Source: Octopus vulgaris | Taxonomy: Eukaryota | NCBI GenBank assembly: GCA_951406725.2 | Contig: OX597818.1 | Span: forward strand, 1,798,001 to 1,862,000 | Direction of reading: 5' to 3' | Length of the DNA stretch: 64,000 bases | Shown here: piece by piece, positions 53,225-64,000 of the stretch | Layout of the letters: every line of letters starts with the position of its first letter | Position numbering within the stretch: position 1 is the first letter of the stretch | Translations under genes and position numbers: made by a program | Notes under the pieces: generated by a model | Told to the model about the DNA's origin: nothing | Seen by the model: the letters and a program-made list of their open reading frames with translations, nothing else | Databases searched by the model: none

Positions 53225-53760
53225 GCAGAGATGTAAAACTAATTGCAGAACTAGAAGCGATCCAACGCCACTTCACAAAGAAGATAAAACTCAGTAAAAC
53301 ACATGGGCTACTGGGAGAGATTCAGGGAACTGGGATTCTACTTCCTGGGGAGGAGACGTGAGAGATATACAATGCTATACATGTGGAAAATAATGGAGGG
53401 TCTAGCTCCAAATTTCGGAATTGAAATCTACGACAATCCCCGAACTGGACGGCATTGCACAGTACCAAAGTTCTCATCTTCTCCATCGAGGATACGAACC
53501 CAATATTGTAATAGCTTGGGATTCAAGGGACCACAACGTTTTAATGCCCAACCACAGAACATCGGGGATCTTCAAAAAACGTATAGACAGTTTTTTATCT
53601 GCAATTTCAAATAACCCACATCGTGGCAGAAGGTACAAAGAAGAAGAGCAACGTCCAACTCGTTACTCCACTAGAAGCAATACTGGAAAAGTCCCCGGGC
53701 GCAATAAAGGTGGTGCACCATCATGGCCTCAGAGCTGGCTGAAACCCATAAAAGATAAAC
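53225..53760 (+). mobile_element. CR1/L2-like LINE 3' fragment
   Basis: IAELEAIQRHFTKKI...YWERFRELG..RRRERY..MWKIMEG. Confidence 0.75.
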
Positions 53761-54751
53761 GATTATATATATATATGTCTGTAACATATGTGATAATTAT
53801 TCGGTTACCATAATATAACTCCGAGTTCCGGATGTCGGGGCGGAAACCTGCACCGACCTCTCTTCAGTTATCGAGATAATCAAAATATGCCATGAAAATG
53901 ACCGTTACACAAAGGGAAATTACTATGTAAGTGACCGTTATTAAGACAAAAGTGCTATCAGAATGACCGTTAAAATAAGGGGAAAAAACCGAAGTGGGGA
54001 AGTAAAAAGTAAAAGAGTAAAAATGCTCATAGCAATCGCGTATGCGAGCAAGTACACACATACACATGCGCGCACGCACTCTCACGTACATGTGCCTATA
54101 TGCATATGCTCATTCAGACTTGTTGAAACACACACATGCGCACCCACACATATGCCAATAGATGCACATATATATGCAACCAAGCATGTACACATATACA
54201 TATCCACACACGCGTGAGCACACACACGCACTTGCGCATACCCGTACGCGTAGTTATATTCAAATACACGTCTAAAAATACGCTCATGCTATATGCTCAC
54301 TCACACTCGCGTGAAACACATGCATGTACACCCACACATATATGCAACCATACACATGTACATATATACATACCCGCACACATGTACATATATACATACC
54401 CACACACACGCACATACACACACACGATTTATACATATGTTTATCCGCACATGCGCACGTACACACACATACACACGTGCACATACCCATACGCGCACAG
54501 TTATATTCAAATGCTCGTCTAAAATACGTACATGTTATATATGCATATGCTCACTCACACTCGCGTGAAACACTTGCATGTACACCCACATATATATGCA
54601 ACAATACACATGTACATATACATGTATATATATGCATACCCGCACACAGGCACACTCACACACGCGCGCGCACAAAAGTTCATATACACGTTTATATACG
54701 CACATGCACAAGAAAAATGCAGGGTGAAAGGTAAAATACAGAAAAATATGT

Positions 54752-54808
<57 letters not shown>

Positions 54809-54911
54809 TAAAAAATATATATATATAAAATATAGAGAGACAAAAAGCTTGTACGTGGACACTATATAAAAAGCAAGTTGTATCTGTGATCTTGGGGGGA
54901 CCAAAAACGTA

Positions 54912-55430
54912 ACAAATGTTTAGCCATATCTGGACATGATCCACAAAGTTCAGTTCTTGAATTTAGACATGTAGTGGGGGTCTAAGCTGCTTTTCCAAAT
55001 CACAAAAACCACACTTTCCACTGCCGTTGGTGTAAGGTTTACACTTGGCTAAGATCTTCCAATGAGTGATGTGACTGGATAATTTGGTCCTTTTCCTTTT
55101 ATCCCAATGCCTGAAGCTCAAGGTGTGATTGTTGAACTGGCCTTAAAATTACCCTCTGGAAGGCCCACATATTTCTTTGTCGAATCTGTGTCCTTAGTGG
55201 TTGTAGAGTCTACGGTGCCTTCATAAATGATGGTCTCGTACATGCAAGCACCATTTAGCGGGCACAAATTTTTATCCCTGCATGAACAGCTGGTTTCATT
55301 TTGTGGTTTTAGCGTGTTGTGTGCGATTATATTTTTTAAATTGGTAGTTGAGCTGAAACTGATTTTTAAGTTATGTCTATTGAAGAGCTTTCTGTAACTA
55401 TGGTTGACTGGAAAATAGCCAATACTCCTG
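54912..55430 (-). pseudogene. PLE GIY-YIG endonuclease fragment
   Basis: KLFNRHNLKISFS...CSCRDKNLCPLNGAC...IIY...YVG.PEGNFK then WKILAKCKPY...LNSRTEL. Confidence 0.85.
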
Positions 55431-55982
55431 TCACCAGTCCAATAATAAAGAAAAGAAAACATAAGAATAGGAAAACCATCAGGTTCACACGCCCCTAGTC
55501 CCCCGAAGTGACCTTTAATATAGGTAAGTATTTCTTAGCACTGATGGATAGACATTTTTTTACATATTAATTGAGATATATTTTTATTGCTTTATAAATT
55601 TTTACACATTTTTTCACCCTGAATTTATCTTGCGCATGTGCGTATATAGACGTGTATATGAACTTTTTATGCGCACGTGTGTGCGCCTGTGTGCGGGTAT
55701 GTATATATGTACATGTATATATGTATATGTACATGTGTATGGTTGCATAGACACGTGGGTGTACATGCGAGTGTTCTGCGTGAGTGTGAGTGAGCATATG
55801 CATATATATGTATGCATGCATGTATGTATGTATGTACGTGGGTGTGCGTGAGCGCATGTATATGTTTGTACATGCGCGCATACACGATTGCTATTAGCAT
55901 TTTTACTCTTTTACTTTTTACTTCCCTCCTTCGGTTTTTTCCTTATTTAACGGTCATTTTCATAGCATACTTTGATTGCCTC

Positions 55983-56043
55983 AATAACTGAAGAAATGCC
56001 GGTGCAGGTTTCCGCCCCGACATCCGAAATTCGGAGTTTTATT
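55983..56043 (+). ncRNA. Hammerhead-like motif in a pseudo-LTR (degenerate partner at 53814-53871, minus strand)
   Basis: AAUAA-CUGAAGA-AAUGCCGG..CCGACAUCC-GAA-AUUCGGAGU-U/UUAUU. Confidence 0.6.
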
Positions 56044-56176
56044 ATGGTAACCCAATAATTGTCACGTATTATGTTACAGATAAATTCCTCTATTTACATA
56101 ATATCGAGATCGTTTTTATTCTTTTGTTGTCTTACCATTACTATTAATATATATATTTTTTTTTTCCTTCCTTGTC

Positions 56177-56444
56177 TCTCTCCTTGTTTTTTCTGTGTCC
56201 CTTTCTGTAGAAGAGCGTAGGCTCGAAATGTAAAATACTTTTTCTATTCCTGAGCGTTATACTAATACATCTGTTTGTTTTGTACACCACCTGTCTTCGT
56301 CTTTTGTTTTCTTCGTAAACTCTCCCTATATATATATACATGTGTGTGTGTGTATGTATGTATGTATGTATGTATGTATGTATGTATGTATGTATGCATG
56401 TATTTATGTATATATGTATGCATGTATGTATGTATTTATGTATG

Positions 56445-56478
<34 letters not shown>

Positions 56479-56991
56479 TGTATGTATGTATGTATGTATG
56501 TATTGCATATATATGAGTTTCAGGTCGAGCTTGCTAGGGCAGCCATCGCTCTGATACTCTACCCTTCTCTATTGTCCATGTTATGTGACAGTTCCTCAGT
56601 GACATCTAGTGTCGTCTATTAACAACCTTCTCCTTAATTCAGTGTCCAGTAAATTTATCTGTGTCTTTCTGTATGATGTCTGATACTTCAGGAAGCTTAT
56701 TGTATATTCTTTCTTTTGTGGAGTGTTCTTCCTAGGCCACATTGAAAATAGAATGAAACGTGTGTAGAGGTGTCATTCAGCATAATGTCAAGACTTTTTG
56801 TTAGTCTCCAGGTAGAAGAGCCATAAACTAACACAATTTCAAACACTTCCTACAAGAAGTTCTTTTACAAATTCTCTGAAGACTTTTATTTCCATTATTA
56901 CTCTAAAACTTTTAAATTTCGCTCAAATTTAATTAATGTATATAAACAACTGACTCTGGCTATTATGTTGGTTTCGATGTAGGTGAAAGAA
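56177..56991. repeat. Right arm of the inverted duplication (partner 47781-48545)
   Basis: Reverse-complement identity. Confidence 0.92.
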
Positions 56992-57555
56992 TTTACTGGG
57001 TTTATTGAGTTTCCAGTCAATGAAGTGATGGCACCTTTTATGTTGCATCTGATGGACCCCGTTTTTCTACCATTATTCAAAAGACCATTGCTCCTGTAGC
57101 ATCTTCTAGACTGTGATGCAGGGTGGTGATTCTCGTAATTGTATCTGATTTTAGAAAAAATCAGTCGCCATAATTTCTTACTGTTGTTTCTGGAAATTCA
57201 GAAATTCACTTATGTGACTAATACAATCTTTAATCCCAAGTGGTTACTATTATTTGTCATTATATCATAGATGTTAGCTGTAGTTTCTGATATTGTATTA
57301 ACGTCGTAAGTCTGCTTTAAACTCAATTCACCCTTTTTTTTTAGGGAAAGGGTGGATACAGACCTCAGTAACTTGACTGGATTGTGATAGTAGACAGAGC
57401 TGCACAGTTGGATATGTATATCATTGAATGCTACTGTTTTCCAGACCTGGAAACTGGGGCATATGTGCTTTGCAGAACAATAATGTAAGACAGAAAATAT
57501 GAATGTGTGTAATACATACATACATGTATGCATGTATGTATGTAAATATTTACAT

Positions 57556-57677
<122 letters not shown>

Positions 57678-58910
57678 CACATATATATATACATACATAT
57701 GCATATATGCATATATAAAACGCCTGCAGAGAACATATGGATCTGTCAACTAATATTTTCTATTATTTTAAAACTAAATATATATTCTGTTATAGAATTA
57801 ATTAAATTCATATGGTTTTGTGCTGTGTTAGGTCATCTATATTTTATAATTATTACTCAGTCTCTATATGATTAGCTGACATCGACTAATGTCTAAACAA
57901 TATTACCTTAGGGAGTATGCACGATGCTGACTTCACTGAAGCTGAATGAAATACTGGGTGGTGGTGGCGGTGATTGTAGTGATGGTGGTGATAAAGGTCG
58001 CTGTGAAGGTCATGGTGGTGATGGTTTCGATAGTCGTGGTACTGATGATAATAGTTGTGGTGGTGGTGGTAGTGGTAGTGGTGGCTGTGGTGGTGATGGT
58101 GGTGATGGTGGTTGTGGTGGGCGGGGGAGGGTCGCCGTCGTCGTTGTCGTTGTAGCTGTAAAGACCTGTGTAGATGCTGGTAGTGTACGTCTGATGTCTA
58201 TGAACAACGCTAAATGTGTGTATATGTGTTCGTAGGTGTGTATGTGTGTGTGCGAGTGTGTGTTTATGTTTGTATAAGCATATGTACTTATACGTGTTTC
58301 TGTCAACATGTGCTTGTAAGTGCGTGTGCCTGTGCGTGTATGTATGTGTGTGTGCATGTGCCGCTCGTGAGTGGGCGTATGTCAGCGTTCGTGGTTGTGT
58401 GAGCGTGTATGCGTTTGTGTGTGTGTATGAGTGTGAGAGTGTGTATGTATGTGTGTATGTGTGTGTGTGTGTTCGTGTGTATGCATGCATTCTACACCAA
58501 ATGGCCTCCTGAATATTACTTTCACACAATGTAAGCTTGTTTATTGTAATCACTCTCGGAAGAAGCTTTTTGATAGCAATAACCGGCTGATATAATTAAG
58601 CAAAGGATATAACAATATTTCATGCTTCGATGCTAATAAGTGGGTAACTTTAAATTCCTTTAAAGATTCTCTAATTTGGATAGCAATGACGATTTGGTAA
58701 TATTATCGGTAATTATAATAAACGGCTTTCTCATTATATGTACATAGAAATATACAAAATGCCATCAGCCAGCCAGTTCAAATTTGACACTCAGTATCTT
58801 CACTGCCACCACCGGCAGTAACTTCACAACCATCACCTCACCATCATCGTTACCATATGGTTGAGTAGTGGTTTATTTGAAAATTTTGATAATAATATCT
58901 GGAGCTTTGA

Positions 58911-59326
58911 GGGTGGCTAACTGGCAGAATCGTTAGCACGCCGGGCGAAATGCGTAGCCGTATTTCGTCTGCCGTTACATTCTGAGTTCAAATTCCGCCG
59001 AGGTCGACTTTGCCTTTCATCCTTTCGGGGTCGATTAAATAAGTACCATTTGCGCACTGGGGTCGATATAATCGACTTAATCCCTTTGTCTGTCCTTGTT
59101 TGTCTCTCTGTGTTTAGCCCCTTGTGGGTAGTAAAGAAATAGGTATTTCGTCTGCCGATACGTTCTGAATTCAAATTCCGCCGAGGTCGACTTTACCTTT
59201 CATCCTTTCGGGGTCGATTAAATAAGTATCAGCTACGCACTGGGGGTCAATGTAATCGATTTAATCCCTTTGTCTGTCCTTGTTTGTCTCCTCTATGTTT
59301 AGCCCCTTGTAGTCCATAAAGAAATA
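58911..59326 (+). mobile_element. tRNA-derived SINE, dimeric
   Basis: 17-bp TSD aatatctggagctttga (58894-58910, 59327-59343); second unit restarts at gtatttcgtct (59143). Confidence 0.92.
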
Positions 59327-60315
59327 AATATCTGGAGCTTTGATTCTTATAAGCTAGAATTCAAGTTGCACGAAGCAGTGTTGAATATAATATACTCGTG
59401 TTAAATCTTATTTAACATGCTTGAGCATACTTAGATGTGGTAAGACCTTCCTCAGTCAAAATAGCCCCCGGAGAAAATTTTCCTCCGAGACGACATGTGT
59501 GAAACACATTGGGCTGTGAATGACGTTACAGGACGCATGCGTTTCAAACTTTACACACATCAGCAAACAGCGAATGCTGTTTCAATGTAATTCGCTTTAA
59601 ATAGTTTGGAACACACTAACTTTGATCACAATAACCATTTGTTAACATTAACTGCGATTAAATTAAGCAATTTTCTCTGTATCTACATCCCGAGTACAAC
59701 GAGAAAGAAAAGGATTTGATAATCCATATAAAACATAGATACAGTGCTGTCACCAAGCGACAGCAATCAGCTCTTTGAAACCTTATAATATAGGTACATT
59801 GATAACAAAATAAATAAACTTCAGCTAATAGCATAGTATGCTATCATATGTTAAAAGGGAAGCATCTTTTACATTCATGTCTTTTATAAGTTTCTTTTCT
59901 TCGACTCCCTACGGATTCTAGAAATCCAAATAAACCGTTGATGTATATCGTTATTTTCTTTTTCTTAATCTCACGGCATATATATTATTAGCTAACTTTA
60001 ATATTTTTTTATTCTGAAAGATATATATTAGTAGCTTAAATAGTTCTGTTAGTTAACTTTAGTAATAGTCTCTTGCTACGCATATATATATTATTAGTTA
60101 ATTTTAATATTTCTCTCCCATTATACATATATATATATTGTTAATTTTTACCTTAGACTTAAGCTGTATTTTTCTTCCAATAATTTGATATTTATACTGG
60201 ATATTTCTGATAATGCTTCTTAATGATAATGCTTCTCAAAGTTACAATATAACCTTTTCTTGAGCGCAACAAATAGAAAATATTTATTGATATATCATTT
60301 ACTTTTATTTTCCAG

Positions 60316-60521
60316 TATGTACTATGGACGGACCTCTTGGCATGACTACTGGTACTATAAAAGATTTCCAAATCAAGAGTTCAAACAGTTATCCTCAGGT
60401 GTGGGACAAATACTGCCACGAAAAATATGGACGTGTTTACATGCCGAATAAATATGGATGGTGTGCGAAATACAAGTCACCATCTGAATGGCTGATGGTT
60501 GATCTTGGTGTTGCAGCAAAG
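60316..60521 (+). CDS. Internal exon of a host gene encoding a discoidin (F5/8 type C) domain
   Basis: Acceptor ttattttccag|, donor aag|gtactt; open frame CTMDGPLGMTTGTIKDFQIKSS...GWCAKY...EWLMVDLG fits the C..PLGM..G.I.D.QI..S..W..WL.VDLG pattern. Confidence 0.88.
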
Positions 60522-61204
60522 GTACTTCATTTTATCATTCACTTTTTATAAGCTAAAGGACGAGTTTTGAATTAGCTGTCAATACCTCATGGTGGGTGGG
60601 GAGTGTCTCATATAATGGAGATTACGATTGTGAACACTTTTTTCCCCCAAAAATTAAATTTTTTATAATTTTCCCTCTAATTCCGTACCCTCCTCTTTAA
60701 CCTAAACTAGTGCTAGCTATTTTAAAACTCCACCAACCTAACAAAATGTATCACAATCAACAAAAATAAATATTATTTGCTTGAATTCAAACAGTAATTA
60801 TCTTAATCTTCCTTATGACAGCAACATCAGTGATTATTCAGAAGGTAAAAATAATGATGATAGTAAAAAGACGGAGGAGGGAGAGAGAGAGAGGGGGGGT
60901 ATGTGTGTGTCTGTGTGCGCGTGTGTGCGTGAGTGTGTGTGTGTAACAGAGAAAGAGAGAGAATGATAGAGAGAGAGCTACGATTACAAAAAATTATACT
61001 ACACTAGATTAATACTAAATTTATTGCATTCTATATATTTGTTGTACAAGATTTTTTTATTTGAAGTCGTGTGTTGAAACAGATATTGTTATATTTCGGA
61101 ATGGTCATTTTGCCAGTTTAGCCAATAAAAACACACGCACTATATATTTGATGTTATTTTGCTTCAGTGTTATTCATTTTTTACATTAATCTTAAACTTA
61201 TTTC

Positions 61205-61249
61205 GGCCAGAGTTCTTTCGTCACACTCCTGTGACCGCATCAGTGGTCC
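61205..61249 (-). ncRNA. Minimal hammerhead-like motif, A9C variant
   Basis: GGACCA-CUGAUGC-G-GUCACA-GGAG-UGUGAC-GAA-AGAACU-C/UGGCC. Confidence 0.6.
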
Positions 61250-61699
61250 TTTGTTTTCTTCTTTCTTATTTGTGTGTCTCTCCTTACTAACCGTCAGCCA
61301 TTTTGTATTTCTATTGTATGTCTTCATTTGCGCATGCTTATATCTCTATGTGCGTCTATGTTTAGTTAGTGTGTGGGGGGGATGCCTGTAATATTTGTAT
61401 CTTCTGTAATTTGTTCATGTAATTTGTTTTTGTTGTTATTTTTGTTTATTCTTATTTTGTTCATGTGTTTACATCCACTTATTATTATTATCATTACGTA
61501 TGCTTGTATGTATGTATGTATTACAACAATACATACATGTAGATCATTTGTTTCCAACCGATCGATTTTGCATCATCTGCTCCTAGTCTTCAACTTTCAC
61601 ATTAAGAGACTTAAGGTTACTTTTGACAACATCCCTAAAACGTTTCTTAGGTTTATGTCTCGGACGTTTGCCACGCTGCAACTCCCCGTAAAAAAAAAA

Positions 61700-64000
61700 T
61701 TGCTTTCGTAGCCTGTCATCCTGCATCCTAGCAAGGTGTCCAACCCAACGCATCTGATTGCATATGAGGATTATTTCAATACTGGATGTGTTAGCTTGCT
61801 GAAGAACAACGGTGTCTGGTGTTAAAGACTTCTATTTGATGTCTAGTATCCTCCTAAGTTTGATGAAATCTTTCAAAAGCCTTGATGTGGCGACAGTATG
61901 TCGTTCAGGTATCAGAAGAGTACAGGAGGCCCGTTAAAATACAAGATTCATAGATACTAAGCTTGGTTTTGAAGGTGGACAAAGGTGTTAGGTTCCACAT
62001 AGGGTTGGGTTGGTGGCTTAGAGAACATGATGGTTGTTTTCTTTAGACTGGTGGTAAGTCCAAAAGCAAAACAAGCTCTAGAGAAGAGATCCAATACAGC
62101 TTCTGTGTCCTCCTCGATGTGAGCAACGAGAGCTACATCATCATCATAAAGGAGCTCTCGAACAAGGGCCTGGAATGTCTTCGACTTTGTATCAAAGCGT
62201 TTAACATCAAAGACCTCCTTACCTTTGGTTCTGAAACGAATATAGTCGCCGATATCATAGTCTTGGAAAGCATGCAAGATAGTTACTACAAAATATATGG
62301 AAAATAGTGTTGGAGCAGCAATATCACATTGTTTAACTCCGTTGACCCATTGAAGTTAAGATGAGCTTTCATATCACTATGAAGTTGCTTAAACAAGTTT
62401 ACAAATTGAGGTGGACATCCAAATTTACCAAGAATGGTCCAGAGAACGGTCCTATTAATAGTGTCGAAGGCTTTTGTTAAATCGACAAATACCGGTTAAA
62501 GAGCTATGCTACGTTCGATGCATTTCTCCTGGAGTTGACGAGCAGAAAAATCATGTCCGTTGTGCCATGACTTGATTTAAAATCACACTGATTCTCCAGG
62601 ATGACAGGATATATCCATATTTTTAGCCGATTAAGTAAAAGTTTTGCAAAACCCTTACCGACTATTTCAAGCCGGCTTATACCTCTGTAATTGCCACAAT
62701 CGGATTTGGATCCTTTTCCTTTCAACAATGAAATTAAAATGACATCAACCCAGTCCTGAGGAACAGGAGCACCCAACCAGATATGTGATATTAGATTGTG
62801 GATCTCTACAGCAAGCCTATTACCCCCGTGGAGGAGAATTTCAATAGGAATACCGTCAAGACCTGGTGCCTTTCCAGTATTTAATTCTTTGATTGTGTTT
62901 TGGATCTCATCTATAGTTGGATGTTCCATCATCTCATGAATCCTTTTGGGGCAGATTACTGATGACATTTTCATCAATAACTGAAGGATTAAAAAAGAGA
63001 TCAGTGAAGCGATCAGTCCAACGTTTCATGATGCCATCATGATCCTTGATGAGAAAATAGTTGTCTTTAGTGGTACCACAAATAAAGACCGAGGACCAAA
63101 TACTCGTCCGATCAAGTGATATACTGTTTTCAGGTCTTTACTGTTATACGCTTTCTGGATTTTTTCAGAAATATCTGACCACCATTTGTTTTTCATTTGT
63201 CTTATCTTTCTTTGGAGTGATGATTTTATCCTTTTGAGAGACTGCAGTAACGGCTTTTTATCATCATTTGGAGCACCGAGGTATTTTTGGTGCAGCTTAT
63301 TTTTATCTTCAAGAAGTTTATTGATCTGTAGATCATTGTCACCAAACCAGTCCCGATGTTTTCTATTTCTGAGAACAAGAACCTCAACTTCAACATTGTA
63401 AATAGTGGTCTTAAACTGAGCCCAAGTTACTTCCAATTCCGCTTCTCCAATAGCATTTCTAAGATTCGCCTGCACCTTATAGTCCCTTAATTTCAACACA
63501 TCGATACGTTTAGGGACTTTTATTCCTCCAGATCTTATTCTACGCATGATGCAGAGTTTCAACTTACCGCGTATTAACATATGGTCAGTCCCACATTCTG
63601 CACCTCGCATGACTCGGACAGTGCAAACATCAGGAATGTTTCGTTTCCTGGTGATAAGGTAATCAAGAATATGTCCATGTTTGGATCTTGGATGCGTCCA
63701 GGTAGTTTTATGGATATCCTTCTGATGAAAAACAGTGTTGTAGATGATGAGATCAAGTTCAGTGCAGAGCTGAAGAAGACGGAGACCATTAGCGTTTATT
63801 TTGCCCAAACCATGTCTCCCTAGTGCATCCCAGGTCTCATAATCGCATCCAACACAGGCATTGAAATCGTCAAGAAGGCGGATCTTATCTGCATTTGGAA
63901 TCAAAATCATAACCGATCTGAGATCTTCATAGAAATTCATTATAGATTCACTGCTGCTATCAAGAGTAGGAGCATAAACAGAGATAACAATCATAAAACG
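61700..64000 (-). mobile_element. RTE-clade LINE ORF (APE plus RT), decayed; continues past the window end
   Basis: VYAPT, DFNA.VG, TWTHPRSKHGHILDY, TDH; GKAPGLDGI, NYRGIS, ELLYDDD. Confidence 0.9.

Larger units (their letters stand above)
53790..56075 (-). mobile_element. Penelope-like element fragment flanked by inverted pseudo-LTRs
   Basis: 53790-54760 is inverted (diverged) at 55570-56075; GIY-YIG remnant lies between them. Confidence 0.82.

Noticed and set aside
57924-58553. Gly-rich and Thr-rich ORFs
   Set aside because: Degenerate (GGT)n and (GT)n low-complexity DNA
59525-59567. Minus-strand CUGAUGU...GAA-ACGCAUGCGU-C hammerhead-like string
   Set aside because: Palindrome present, but stems I and II do not pair and A9 is lost

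Overview
Repeat-dominated eukaryotic DNA, most likely an octopus/cephalopod genome (inferred from the SINE families and microsatellite load). Only one convincing host exon is visible, a discoidin/F5-8 type C domain exon at 60316-60521. The rest is decayed transposable elements: Tx1/L1-clade LINEs, R4/Dong-like RLE LINEs in (TAA)n, RTE and CR1-like fragments, mariner and DD41D transposons, Helitron-like and MITE elements, tRNA-derived SINEs and Penelope-like (PLE) fragments. The main unexpected signal is a set of self-cleaving-ribozyme-like motifs read by eye. These include minimal hammerheads from several unrelated repeat families, one with a G3:C8-swapped core; a duplicated hammerhead whose three strands lie in non-circularly permuted order (13616-13677, 14395-14456); and a 107-bp tandem array with an HDV-like fold. 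A second signal is a Tx1-related ORF1-only element inserted with an 11-bp TSD at the same SINE site where SINE dimers join. All structures are manual predictions; none were computed or tested.
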